Position numbers and translations under genes: made by a program. Positions 9,342 through 19,937 of a stretch of DNA of 64,000 bases are shown here, in pieces. The first letter of the stretch is position 1; each line of letters starts with the position of its first letter. The notes under the pieces were generated by a model that was not told where the DNA came from, searched no databases, and saw only the letters and a program-made list of their open reading frames with translations. Source of the stretch: a virus (lineage: Duplodnaviria > Caudoviricetes); the IMG/VR virus record IMGVR_UViG_3300033070_001518, positions 16,412 to 80,411 of that record; one strand, 5' to 3'.

Positions 9342-11911
9342 ATACTAATCTCATCATTTTGTAAATCCTTTATGTTTAAGAATATGACCCCTTTATCTAC
9401 TAATTCCTTATTATTTTTCTTAATATCTTCGAAAAAATTCCAAGCCAATACAATTATTACATTTGGTAGATTGTTAAAACAATATTCTTTATTTTTTATT
9501 GGAATATTTACGCCTGGTATAAATCTATTAACTTTTAGTAGATTATCTTCAATGGTATAATCTATCATGGTATTATCAATACCAAAATAGTTAAGAGCGG
9601 TTGTTGCTTTAGCTGGTGATCCATAAGCAGCAATTTTACCGAATTTGGATTTTAATAAATTCATATTTGATAAAACATTTGACTTTATAACTTTTAATCT
9701 TTTAGCAAAATTCTTATATGTCTCATGATTGGATATTCCAAATTCTTCTTCTGCTTGTAAAAATGATTTTATACTATCATCATTGTCACCAAATTTTGAC
9801 CTGACGTATGCTCTAATTGATCCACCATGTGTATCAATATGTTTCACTTTATAGAGAGATAGTCCCAAATTTTTGAAAAAGTTAGAAAGTGATGTTACGG
9901 ACCAATAATTAACATGTTCGTGGTAGATATTATCAAATGTCATATCTTTAATAGTATCTAGTAGATATTGAACCTCTATAATAAAACTACCTCCATCTTT
10001 TAATAGACTATTAAATGTGATTTTTGCCATATTAACTAGATCGTCCGAGTGGGCGAATACATTTGATGATGTAACAATATTTGCCTTGCCATGTTTTTTA
10101 ACAATTTGGTCAGCAACATTCTGATTAAAATAATCATTGATGGTTTCTATTCCATTGTTATTAGCAATATCAGAAATGTTTTTTGCTGGCTCTACACCAA
10201 CCACTCTAATCCCCATTTCTTTCATGGGATTCAAAAAAATACCATCGTTGCTACCAATGTCAACTACTAGTGAATTGATATCCAATTTAAATTCCTGTAT
10301 GAATTCATAAGCAGCTGTTTTAAAATGTTTTTTAAATGATTCCGTTGTTGAGGATACATATAAATAATTATCAAACATCTTTTTTGGGGGAACAACAAAT
10401 GATAGCTGGACATTTTGACAATTTTGACAGTGTTTTATTTCTAAAGGATACATATCAACCTCATCTTCTATGTTGGATAGTAGGTTATTGGCAAGTGGTG
10501 ACATTCCCAATGAAACAATGTTCTTAAGATTTTCACTTTCACATGACCTACATTTGACTTTGTAATTTTTTATTAGACTATTTCTAAAATTTTCATCGAC
10601 TAATAAATATGGAATTGTATGAGTAATTCCATAATTTTCATGTTCTCTTTCTCCACGAACTAAATTTAAAAAAATAGAATCTTCCAAGAAAACCATCGCA
10701 TGTGCCACATTGGGTCTAATTACAGCGATATCACCAGCTTTTATTATTCTTGTCTCTATCTCACAGTTAGGTTTAGATAGATCTTTTATAACACTAATGT
10801 ATTTACCGGATACTAGTAAACATTTTTGCTCTTGTATTGGGTGATAGTGATTAGCTCTGACACTTCCGGATTTTGATTCTATATATCCAATTAAATTTAT
10901 TGGCTCTGGTAATTCATAATTAGATATTTTACCACGATCATCTATATACTCCTTTCCTCCTTCTATAATATATTCTAGTTCATCTGGTTGATCTTTTTTT
11001 GACCAATTTTTAATCATCTCTGATACACACTTTTCAATATTATATTGAAATTTGAATCCAGTTGATAGTAATTTTTTATTACATAGTGTGTATCCAAGAT
11101 TTGGTATCTCATCATTTGTTTCGACTATATTGACATTAGGGTTGAATTTTTTACATAATTCAGCCACTTCTTTAATTGTCATATTTTCATTTCTTAAATG
11201 AAATATCTCTCTATTAATATTTGATTCTCCTAAAAATTTCATCGATCTCACAACATCTATCAAACCAATTAAGCTTTTATATTGGACACCACCCGAAAAT
11301 AGACTAATTGTTCCATTTTGTGATGTAATTTTAGAAAATAAATTAGGCATAATATTCATTCTCATCGTGTCAGTAGAATATCCATATACTGAACCTAGTC
11401 TAACTATAATATAATTTAAATTTGAATTTTGTAAATCTATTTCAGATTGTACTTTGCTAGTAGCATATGTTAGTATAGGACTAACTGCCTCATGTTCCTC
11501 TATGTTAAATTTAGTATCGATTAATCCTTCGTATACTACATGTGTTGATGGAAATATAATTTTGCACTCTGGTGGTGTATGATTCATAATAATCCTTGTT
11601 GCGTCTACACCACACTCTTTGATTTCTTTATCTTTTTCAGTATTAGATCCTGATTTTGTATATGCTACGTCAGTTACTCCTGCTAAATGATATATCAGTG
11701 TCGCCCCATCCATTATTTTCTTCATTAGCACATCATCTAATATACTTCCTTGTATAAATTGCATTCCCCAGTCTGTTATTTGCTTAACTCTTTCAGATAC
11801 AAATCGAGAATCTAAGACAATAATTTCTTTAAATCTAGCTTCTCCAGAGTATAACTTACATAATTCACTTCCTATATATCCCAACCCCCCCGTTATTATA
11901 ATTTTATCCAT
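9338..11911 (-). CDS. Three-domain fusion: SDR epimerase/dehydratase + cupin + sugar C-methyltransferase
   Basis: TGGLGYIG / YATSK (SDR); YIDDRG...RANHYH...AHAM (cupin); CRSC...LGMSPLAN...CQNCQNVQL, DIGSNDG, NVFAH, YHEHVNYWS, HGGSIR, AYGSPAK (C-MTase). Confidence 0.88.
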   Translation of the reverse strand: MDKIIITGGLGYIGSELCKLYSGEARFKEIIVLDSRFVSERVKQITDWGMQFIQGSILDDVLMKKIMDGATLIYHLAGVTDVAYTKSGSNTEKDKEIKECGVDATRIIMNHTPPECKIIFPSTHVVYEGLIDTKFNIEEHEAVSPILTYATSKVQSEIDLQNSNLNYIIVRLGSVYGYSTDTMRMNIMPNLFSKITSQNGTISLFSGGVQYKSLIGLIDVVRSMKFLGESNINREIFHLRNENMTIKEVAELCKKFNPNVNIVETNDEIPNLGYTLCNKKLLSTGFKFQYNIEKCVSEMIKNWSKKDQPDELEYIIEGGKEYIDDRGKISNYELPEPINLIGYIESKSGSVRANHYHPIQEQKCLLVSGKYISVIKDLSKPNCEIETRIIKAGDIAVIRPNVAHAMVFLEDSIFLNLVRGEREHENYGITHTIPYLLVDENFRNSLIKNYKVKCRSCESENLKNIVSLGMSPLANNLLSNIEDEVDMYPLEIKHCQNCQNVQLSFVVPPKKMFDNYLYVSSTTESFKKHFKTAAYEFIQEFKLDINSLVVDIGSNDGIFLNPMKEMGIRVVGVEPAKNISDIANNNGIETINDYFNQNVADQIVKKHGKANIVTSSNVFAHSDDLVNMAKITFNSLLKDGGSFIIEVQYLLDTIKDMTFDNIYHEHVNYWSVTSLSNFFKNLGLSLYKVKHIDTHGGSIRAYVRSKFGDNDDSIKSFLQAEEEFGISNHETYKNFAKRLKVIKSNVLSNMNLLKSKFGKIAAYGSPAKATTALNYFGIDNTMIDYTIEDNLLKVNRFIPGVNIPIKNKEYCFNNLPNVIIVLAWNFFEDIKKNNKELVDKGVIFLNIKDLQNDEISI

Positions 11912-11934
11912 ATATTATTATATTTTTTTTATTA

Positions 11935-12563
11935 TTATAGTTTATTTTCTATAATGATTAAGAAGTTATCGTAGTGGTTATAATTGTGATTTGGAGCATT
12001 TCTCAAATCTCTAGTTGTTATAGTCTCATGAGTAACTATTTTACTTATTTCATTAACCCAGTGTTCTGGATTTTGACAATCTTCTATTATTAGAAATCCC
12101 CCTTGTTCAATTTAGATAAATAATTGGAGACAACAAATAGAACATCCGATAGATAATGACTACCATCATCTATGATTATATCAAACATGATATCTTTTAA
12201 TTTCTCTTTGACAATTTCATTTTTAATATCTGAGGTGATATATGATATATCGTCTCTTCTATATTCGTCTAATACAGCATCGACTATATCAACACCATAG
12301 ATATTTCCATTAATGAAATATTCTTTCCATGCTAATAAGCTACCGCCTTTTTGTGTACCTATTTCTAGAATGTTTATTTCAGATAATCTATCAAAATTTT
12401 CAAATATTTCATCATATGATTCACCATATGTGTGACCTATATACGGATCTGGATTTTGGCTTATTTCCCATAGTCCAAGATCAACATATTTATTTTGTCG
12501 AGATCCGTGATTTTTGTCTGTTTTGTACTTTAATAAGATATCAGCAATTTTTTCATTCTCCAT
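11935..12563 (-). pseudogene. Class I SAM methyltransferase interrupted by a 1-nt frameshift in a G5 run
   Basis: ORF reads ...LNKGDF* (stop 12090). One extra G in the run at 12098-12102 gives NKGGFLIIEDCQ...DLRNAPNHNYNHYDNFLIIIENKL* (stop 11935), which matches paralog 7386-7997 (NKGGTYVIED...DLRNVKGRYDDMLIIVKK). Confidence 0.85.
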
Positions 12564-12571
12564 TATTATTC

Positions 12572-13213
12572 TTATTTTTTGTAATATTTTGACCACTTCC
12601 CATGAAATCCAAATGGTATAATTCCTTGTATTTCTGGTATTTCCGCTTCATGTGAAAAATATTTAGATACATCTAGTGGAGCATAAACACATCCCTCTGC
12701 TTCAAATAAGTGTCTATTGTGACAGGTGAAAAATCCATCTTCGTTGTAATATCCAAAATAGCTTTTCCATTCCAAATTCAATTTTGTTGGTAGTGATAAC
12801 AATTTTCTACTTCTAAGACTAAATCCACCATTTCCAACTCTTATAAGATTCCCAAATGGATCTTTACAACTAAAGTCATCATTTGGTAAAGCCCATGGAG
12901 CCCCTATGTAATCATAGTCTAAAAAATTTGGCATCCATTTGTCTGGATTAATTACATATCCATCATCCTGAACTATTAAACAATACTCAGTATCAATATA
13001 TTTATATAGCTCATAGACTATAAATTTATTATATCCTTCATAGTCCAAATTTGGTATTTTATATATTTCTACCGTACTATCTTCTATATTTTCACTAGTT
13101 ATTAATTTAGATTCGCTAAAATTAATTCCCTCCATTGATTTTTTAATGGCGTTTAGTGAGTCAATGACTCTAATACACGAAACAGAAACTATTGTGATGT
13201 TTAAATCTAACAT
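12572..13213 (-). CDS. DUF5672-type glycosyltransferase-like protein
   Basis: QDDGYVINP.KW, YDYIGAPW, VGNGGFSLRS, NEDGFF, PFGFHG. Confidence 0.82.
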   Translation of the reverse strand: MLDLNITIVSVSCIRVIDSLNAIKKSMEGINFSESKLITSENIEDSTVEIYKIPNLDYEGYNKFIVYELYKYIDTEYCLIVQDDGYVINPDKWMPNFLDYDYIGAPWALPNDDFSCKDPFGNLIRVGNGGFSLRSRKLLSLPTKLNLEWKSYFGYYNEDGFFTCHNRHLFEAEGCVYAPLDVSKYFSHEAEIPEIQGIIPFGFHGKWSKYYKK

Positions 13214-13214
13214 G

Positions 13215-13829
13215 TTATTTAATAATTTTAATATTTCCGTCTTGATAATAATTTATAAATCCAGTTCCCCAAGAATGACCAATATCTGTTAAATCATATT
13301 TTTCAATATTGAGTGAATTCCACCAAGTCTCCATCAAAGGTTCCCAAGGAAGATGAATATCATCGCAAAAAACATATCCCTTGTACCCTATTTTTGATAA
13401 TAGATCTGTAAATGATTTTTCCTGTATCCCATCATGTGCTATATCTAAGAAAATAATTTTTGAAGACATTATTATATCCTCACTTTCTTTGATGATATCC
13501 ATTAGTTTAAATTCCAAATTCGGATAATTTACAGAAAATGGATAATTCCATATATGTTCAATGTCATATGTTATAACTTTATTTTTAGGATTCTGAGACA
13601 ACGATATGGCGGAATCTCCCCAATTTGTTCCAACATCAAGTATTGTTATACCATCAAACATCATTGTTAAATATGTTAATAGTTTATAATGCTCTCCTCC
13701 TTTATTTGATCGACTATTAGAGAAGTGATGTGAATTATCTAATGGTGATGAATATCCCGGATAGTCAAAATCTTTCATATATGATTCTGTACTGATATCA
13801 TTTATCTTTTTATAATCTATTATCATCAT
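13215..13829 (-). CDS. SAM-dependent methyltransferase-like protein
   Basis: ILDVGTNWGDS, ITYDI, FLDIAHDG, FCDDI. Confidence 0.7.
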   Translation of the reverse strand: MMIIDYKKINDISTESYMKDFDYPGYSSPLDNSHHFSNSRSNKGGEHYKLLTYLTMMFDGITILDVGTNWGDSAISLSQNPKNKVITYDIEHIWNYPFSVNYPNLEFKLMDIIKESEDIIMSSKIIFLDIAHDGIQEKSFTDLLSKIGYKGYVFCDDIHLPWEPLMETWWNSLNIEKYDLTDIGHSWGTGFINYYQDGNIKIIK

Positions 13830-14800
13830 TTTAGTTTATTTTTTGTTTCTTCAATTATATTATTATACAGTACTCTAATGTCTAATTTGTTCATATCCAA
13901 TTTTAATGCCTTTTGATATAGATGGTCATTTTGTATTAGTAATTCTTCTGTCACATCTGAAAAATTATCTACCATTAGTACTGGAAATCCATCAAATATT
14001 TTTTCAAGGTATTTTGATCTTATTACAATCGGAACTCTTTTCATATATAAAACTTCCCAATCTCGGTGACATTCACATCCGATGGCGTTTCCGTCTGGAC
14101 ATATCATAAATTTATGATTTTTTATCTCAGATAGGTAATTGACATATTCATTTGATCCTGCTGGGTTCCGCATTGTGGCCCAAGATTTATCAGAAAAATA
14201 TTGATTTATTTTAATTCTATTAGGATTGTGACCAATATTATGATTCATATAAAGTAGTTTAGTGGGTTGATATTCTTGATTAATAAAACTTAATAGAATA
14301 TCGTGTCTATTATCCGATGCATTCATTTTGCGTTGTATTCCATATGGGACTGGTATTACCTTACCTCCAAATGAAATTGCATTTGCTGCATAAATACTGA
14401 TAACATTTTCAGGAATTTTATCAAAAATAAATTCATCTATTGGAGTATCATCAAAGAATGAAAATATAACAAATTTCATATCTGGTAGTTTAGAGCATAG
14501 ATCCAAAAGATCATTTTCTCTAAAATATTCAATTACCACTTTATCTTTATATTTCCTTGATTCTTCATTAATTAGTTCTACAGCAGAATATTTTATACCA
14601 GATCTATTATATAATCTGATACTATCAATGAATAGAGTCATATAAGATTTTTTACCAATCAATTCTTTATACTTATTCATGAATTCTTGATTGTCTATAT
14701 TAGCTGGATTCATATATCCGCCATATAATCCTAATCCGGGATGATCTCCAAATGAGTGGTCACATATATCTCTTATGTATGTTGGATCTAGTAGGTTCAT
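13826..14800 (-). CDS. Exostosin (GT47)-like glycosyltransferase
   Basis: C-terminal HKFMICPDGN..ECHRDWEVLYMKRVPIV resembles the GT47 signature. Confidence 0.6.
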   Translation of the reverse strand: MNLLDPTYIRDICDHSFGDHPGLGLYGGYMNPANIDNQEFMNKYKELIGKKSYMTLFIDSIRLYNRSGIKYSAVELINEESRKYKDKVVIEYFRENDLLDLCSKLPDMKFVIFSFFDDTPIDEFIFDKIPENVISIYAANAISFGGKVIPVPYGIQRKMNASDNRHDILLSFINQEYQPTKLLYMNHNIGHNPNRIKINQYFSDKSWATMRNPAGSNEYVNYLSEIKNHKFMICPDGNAIGCECHRDWEVLYMKRVPIVIRSKYLEKIFDGFPVLMVDNFSDVTEELLIQNDHLYQKALKLDMNKLDIRVLYNNIIEETKNKLK

Positions 14801-15699
14801 TGCTTTATTAAATAGCTATATTTTTTTCTTATTAGATTTACCATTTTTTCAGGACACTCACTCATATCAGTAACTAGCATATTTTCATAGTAGAAAGTTT
14901 GAATTGGGTTATTATAAGTATTATTGCCTCTTCCAAATGGATCTTGATTGTTATTTATTTTGTGATCAATACTATTTAAGATGTTGGGATTATTAAATTC
15001 TTGATGTGAATAACTTTTAATTTTATTTTTAACTCTCTCTGCCCCACCAACAAAGCTAAAATGCCATCCACCATCGATTATCTTCTCATAGTTCTTACTT
15101 TCATTCCTAAGATGTGTTAATGATACTTCTTTTGTTTTTGAGTACTCAACAACATATGCGCCATACCAATTAGTATGAGCCACCATATTAACATAATAGT
15201 AGTAACAATTCTGTAGTAAACATCTGTCTACAATTCTATTTTTCCTAATTTGATCAATTGCATCAGGATTTGAAATTTCATCCAAATCAGATACCATAAT
15301 CAAATCATCATCATCACAATTTACTAATCCAAACTTTATAAACTCTCTCTGTAGATAATCTCTACAGAAATTTGGCCATTTTTTGAGATCATTCTCATGC
15401 TCTTCCTTATCATAGATATCAGATATGCTGTTATAAATATTATTGTAGGGACTATTTTCTTCCTTCTTTGTGAATTTTAGAATATCATCTGGATAACACT
15501 CCTTAATATGAATTATTTTGTCCATATATTTTTCAAATAGGTGTTTGTTATCATCAAAATAATATGGCTTGTCCATATTAGAATGTGTTTTGTTTGTTTC
15601 ACTTATTACAAAGTAATCCACATGGTCATATAATGTGTCTAGTCTTATATCCAACACATCAAACTCATTAAAAAATTGAAAACAATCGTAAATTTTCAT
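14797..15699 (-). CDS. GT17 (beta-1,4-GlcNAc transferase, MGAT3-like)
   Basis: IYDCFQFFNEFDVLDIRL, VDYFVISE..THS..KP, QR, SDLDEI, GGWHFSF, KIKSYSHQE. Confidence 0.88.
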   Translation of the reverse strand: MKIYDCFQFFNEFDVLDIRLDTLYDHVDYFVISETNKTHSNMDKPYYFDDNKHLFEKYMDKIIHIKECYPDDILKFTKKEENSPYNNIYNSISDIYDKEEHENDLKKWPNFCRDYLQREFIKFGLVNCDDDDLIMVSDLDEISNPDAIDQIRKNRIVDRCLLQNCYYYYVNMVAHTNWYGAYVVEYSKTKEVSLTHLRNESKNYEKIIDGGWHFSFVGGAERVKNKIKSYSHQEFNNPNILNSIDHKINNNQDPFGRGNNTYNNPIQTFYYENMLVTDMSECPEKMVNLIRKKYSYLIKQ

Positions 15700-16622
15700 A
15701 GGTTATTAATTTTGTAAAATTCTAAAGCTTCTTTTTTGCATGTATTGTAATCAGACACTACACCATCCCTACCCATATAGGTAAATTGAGAAGTGTAAGA
15801 GTCCCCCTGTGACCAGTATCCATTACTAACATTATGTCTACCAAAATATTTTGGAGCCAAAATCAATTTTGCATTTTGATTTAACCAAGATGCCCACCAA
15901 CTAAAACTAGAATTTGCTATTATTAAATATTTTGCCTTATTCACCATGTAAAAATCGAAACCTATATCAATATGATAGCAAGGAATTCCAGGAATAAATT
16001 GCCCAGCACATTGTGGATCATCACTAAAAATGATAAATTTCATATTAGGATTGATACCTTTCATATAATTTATACAATTTTTCCAGTATGATTGGTTAGG
16101 TATTAGATTGGGTACTGATTTGTATTCACCTCCTCTAAAATTAATAACACATGTGTTATCGTCTAATGATATACCCATTTCTATCATCTTTTTTTGATAT
16201 TCCTTCTCATGTTCGTCTTTAATTAAAAACCAACTAATAACGTCGGATCTTCTGTCTATTAAATAATCTTCAGATTGTGACATCACATGTATCATCGTAT
16301 TATCTTCTATGTTAAAGACATCGGGATCATACATATTTATGATACATGAATCACCATTATAAATATGTCCTTTATGTTTATCCCTATATGTGTGAATTTG
16401 ACCCTCAAATTTGTTTAAACCATCTTTGTCTTTTCCAATTATCTTGACGGGTTTTCCAAAATCAACATTCATAAAATACATTTGATTGTCTCCATTGTGG
16501 TAGTCATATATTGGATATGGTGGCACTCCCCATTCATATCCTAATTTTTCTGCAACTATCCTTGCTATTACATAGTTCCACATGTGATTTCCTAAATTAC
16601 CTGTTAAATTAGCTGTTATCAT
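15696..16622 (-). CDS. GT11 family glycosyltransferase
   Basis: GNLGNHMW.Y, QSEDY, NFRGGEY, FSDD, IIANSSFSWWASWL. Confidence 0.85.
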   Translation of the reverse strand: MITANLTGNLGNHMWNYVIARIVAEKLGYEWGVPPYPIYDYHNGDNQMYFMNVDFGKPVKIIGKDKDGLNKFEGQIHTYRDKHKGHIYNGDSCIINMYDPDVFNIEDNTMIHVMSQSEDYLIDRRSDVISWFLIKDEHEKEYQKKMIEMGISLDDNTCVINFRGGEYKSVPNLIPNQSYWKNCINYMKGINPNMKFIIFSDDPQCAGQFIPGIPCYHIDIGFDFYMVNKAKYLIIANSSFSWWASWLNQNAKLILAPKYFGRHNVSNGYWSQGDSYTSQFTYMGRDGVVSDYNTCKKEALEFYKINNL

Positions 16623-17323
16623 GTTTTAATTTTATATTTATTTACTACATAGTCATATTCTCTTCTTTTAATATCCTCTGTTATTGTTCCACTGACTCTC
16701 GTTGAATGATCCTCTCTATTCACAACGGTAATTATATTACAAATACCTGGTAAATCGTGTCTATCATATAACATCTTATAATAATCACAATCTACTAGCC
16801 AAAATAGATTTTCATCAAAATCTATAACATCCTCATTTTTAAACATCAGCACACTTGGTGAGCTAATTGTATTGTTCCCATATTGTATATTATTATGATA
16901 AATTGGATAAAATGGTTTAATAATATTGACACCATCATTTGTATGGCAACACGCAGTTACCATCCAATATTTTTTATTCAATTCAAAATTATCTACTAAT
17001 ATTTCTAGACTATTTGCTTCATATAGAAAGTCATCTTGACATAGTATTTTGATAATCGACCCATTAGCATTTTTAATAGCATTATTCATGTTGGATGGAA
17101 ACATTCCCCTATCTTCTGTATTATAGATGTGTGTAATATTTAAATTGGATTTCCATTTATTACACAACTCCTCTATTGCAGAGGTCACACTATGATCTGA
17201 AACTATTATTTCAAAATTCTTATATGTTTGTTGCGAGAATATACTAAAAGAAAATTCTAAATATTCAACTCCTTTACCTTTCATTTCATATGTCGGGATA
17301 CATATACTAACCATCGAATTCAT
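16619..17323 (-). CDS. GT2 family glycosyltransferase
   Basis: SICIPTY, EIIVSDHS, N.NNAI, LCQDD. Confidence 0.88.
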   Translation of the reverse strand: MNSMVSICIPTYEMKGKGVEYLEFSFSIFSQQTYKNFEIIVSDHSVTSAIEELCNKWKSNLNITHIYNTEDRGMFPSNMNNAIKNANGSIIKILCQDDFLYEANSLEILVDNFELNKKYWMVTACCHTNDGVNIIKPFYPIYHNNIQYGNNTISSPSVLMFKNEDVIDFDENLFWLVDCDYYKMLYDRHDLPGICNIITVVNREDHSTRVSGTITEDIKRREYDYVVNKYKIKT

Positions 17324-17324
17324 A

Positions 17325-19256
17325 TTATACTGACTTAATTATTTTAAGTTCTGGTAAAAAGGTAATAAAATCACCATGATATTCATTTTCTAAGCTTTTT
17401 ATTATAAATTCAGAAAAGTTATGAGTTAATATTATTAGATAATCCACCTTATTCTTCTTCATAAATTCTCTATTAACTATTTTTATTCCGGTTCCTGGCA
17501 TAAATTTTCCTTGCTTAATATCCGTATCATCTACTATAAAATCAATAGTTTCGTGTGTAAGACCTAATGAATTTATAAAAATACATCCTTTAGCAGATGC
17601 TCCAAATGCTGATATTCTTTTGTTATCCTTTTTTATGTTCATTATTATATTCTTACAATTGGATAGATAGTCTCGTACTTTCTTATTCCAATTTACGTAA
17701 TATACATTGTCATATTTTTTCTCATCATCAATGAATTTTAATATTGAATTATCTGATGTGATATTGGATGTGTTTTTAACCATTGTTAATCTTAACGTAC
17801 CACCATGTATAGTTTGTTTTTCTATTCTAGCAATTCTAAAACCATGTTTTTCCATCAGTATTTTTAGTGGTGTAACTGAGTAATAGTAGACGTGTTCATG
17901 ATATATTTGATCAAATTGATTTGTCTCCATATCGTATATCCAGTATGGAAATTCAAGCACCCATGCTCCATTATCTTGTAATGAACCATATACACCATCT
18001 ACAAATGAATTTATATCTCTAAGATGTTGGAAAACATTTGTGGATGTGATAACTTTGGCTTTTTTTGGTATAAGTTTAATTGTTTCTTTTGAGAAAAATT
18101 CAACAAGTGTTGGTATTCCCCTTTCTATTGATAGTTTTGATATATTCTCAGATGGATCTATATTCAAATATTCTAAATTTTTATCAGACTCTTCCCTAAA
18201 GGCAGCCAAAAGCGTACCATCATTTCCTCCAATATCAATAATTAAATCATTTTCATCTATACCAATTATATCTTTAATATAGTTAAACATTTTTTTACAA
18301 TGTGCGTAATATGGTTGATTTACTCCAGACTTAAATAGATATTCACTAAATAGTTTACCACTATCAATAGATATTGATAGTGCTGTTAACCTTGATTCTG
18401 GAAATAGATTAATACTCAATGGGTATCTTTCACAATTTATAGATTCTTCAAATGTGTTATTTAGTTCATTTACTAAAGGAAAATTTCCTAAATTAAAATA
18501 TGGTATTTTTTTACTATCTCCTGTTATTGGACAAGTGTCTATAGAATAATAATCATTCATTTTATTTTTTATTTTTGCGATAGACATTGATAAATTTTTT
18601 GGAGCATTTTTTGGAGCAAGAATTGGTTCCACATTTGGATTTGTTAATTTAGCAAATTCATACATACTCTTAAGTTCTGTACCAATATTATAAACACCAT
18701 TAAGATCCTTTTGTATGCATTTAATAATAATATCTGATATTACGTCTGGATGGTCAAAATTTCCTACTTGATCTATCCACGCTGAGTCATAAGGAAATGG
18801 TTTAGGTTTGTGCATACATCTGCAAATTAGATAATTATTTGATAGTAGCTGAACCAATCCATCCCCAAGAAGTTTGGTATATCCATACCAATTTTTACCA
18901 TGAATTGGGATATCATCTTCTGAAGCATAATCTACGGAATCAGAGTAGAGATAAGTGGTTGATATATGTATCAGTTTTATTTTATGGAGATTGCAATATT
19001 GTATTAAATCATGTACGAATTTATAATTAACTAACCAATGACTCTCTCTATCATCTGAATATGTGTCTGTGTTGGCTATGCAATTAACGATAATTTTGTA
19101 ATTACTAAATTTCCATGAGGATGGATTAGAGACATCAAATCCATCCTTTTTTCGAGAAATATAATCCCAAGAAGTTTGTTTAACTAGTTCAGATCCCAAT
19201 AATCCATCTCCAAGTACGAGACATAAATTTATTGGATCTATTTCGATTTTACTCAT
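17325..19256 (-). CDS. Fusion: RmlD-like dTDP-sugar reductase + sugar C-methyltransferase
   Basis: LGDGLLG, HISTTY, YGYTK (RmlD-like); CPITG, DIGGNDG, NVFQH, YHEHVYYYS, HGGTLR, FGASAKG (C-MTase). Confidence 0.85.
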   Translation of the reverse strand: MSKIEIDPINLCLVLGDGLLGSELVKQTSWDYISRKKDGFDVSNPSSWKFSNYKIIVNCIANTDTYSDDRESHWLVNYKFVHDLIQYCNLHKIKLIHISTTYLYSDSVDYASEDDIPIHGKNWYGYTKLLGDGLVQLLSNNYLICRCMHKPKPFPYDSAWIDQVGNFDHPDVISDIIIKCIQKDLNGVYNIGTELKSMYEFAKLTNPNVEPILAPKNAPKNLSMSIAKIKNKMNDYYSIDTCPITGDSKKIPYFNLGNFPLVNELNNTFEESINCERYPLSINLFPESRLTALSISIDSGKLFSEYLFKSGVNQPYYAHCKKMFNYIKDIIGIDENDLIIDIGGNDGTLLAAFREESDKNLEYLNIDPSENISKLSIERGIPTLVEFFSKETIKLIPKKAKVITSTNVFQHLRDINSFVDGVYGSLQDNGAWVLEFPYWIYDMETNQFDQIYHEHVYYYSVTPLKILMEKHGFRIARIEKQTIHGGTLRLTMVKNTSNITSDNSILKFIDDEKKYDNVYYVNWNKKVRDYLSNCKNIIMNIKKDNKRISAFGASAKGCIFINSLGLTHETIDFIVDDTDIKQGKFMPGTGIKIVNREFMKKNKVDYLIILTHNFSEFIIKSLENEYHGDFITFLPELKIIKSV

Positions 19257-19265
19257 TTAATTTAA

Positions 19266-19937
19266 TTATATTTTATAGTGATTTCTAACGAAAAAGATTT
19301 TTTGCATTATCACATTTATGTTGTTTTTGACAGTTGCGTTACTTGAGTGTCTCCTGTGTTTGACTAATATATCTGGTAAATTTCTCAACGAGAACCCTAA
19401 AGATAAACATCTGCACCACAATTCTAAGTCTTCAAGGCCATCGAAATTTGAATTATACCCACCTGATTTTATAATTTTATCTTTTTCGAACATTATTGTA
19501 GGATGATTCATAAACCAATCAGAGACATTCATTATGCCCCTTGGGATAATTAACGGGTGGTTGGTTTTGCTTGATTGGTCTCCAAACAATTCCATCTGAG
19601 ATCCTAAAATATCAACACTATTAGATTTGAAATAATCATATTGTTTTTCTAGTCTATTGGATATCATTATATCATCTGCGTCCATTCTACATACTAAATT
19701 ATACGAACATAGATTTAATCCATAGTTTAAAGCTGCGGAAATGCCTCCTCTTTCTTTGTGGTATATTTTGTATTTTACCTTCTGTATTGAATCTAAATAC
19801 TTCGATATTTCTTCATCTGATCCATCGTTGACTATAACTACCTCATAATCTTGCATTGATTGATTATCAACACTTTCAAAGCATTCTTTAATGTACTCGA
19901 CTGGGGTATTGTAAATTGGTATAAGAATAGATATCAT
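19266..19937 (-). CDS. GT2 family glycosyltransferase
   Basis: SILIPIYN, VNDGS, ALNYGL, RMDADD, R.EKQ, HPT, ED.ELW. Confidence 0.92.
   Translation of the reverse strand: MISILIPIYNTPVEYIKECFESVDNQSMQDYEVVIVNDGSDEEISKYLDSIQKVKYKIYHKERGGISAALNYGLNLCSYNLVCRMDADDIMISNRLEKQYDYFKSNSVDILGSQMELFGDQSSKTNHPLIIPRGIMNVSDWFMNHPTIMFEKDKIIKSGGYNSNFDGLEDLELWCRCLSLGFSLRNLPDILVKHRRHSSNATVKNNINVIMQKIFFVRNHYKI

Noticed and set aside
12096-12104. Programmed -1 ribosomal frameshift at AAG GGG GAT
   Set aside because: Not an X XXY YYZ heptamer, no obvious stimulator, and the paralog encodes the same region in one frame.
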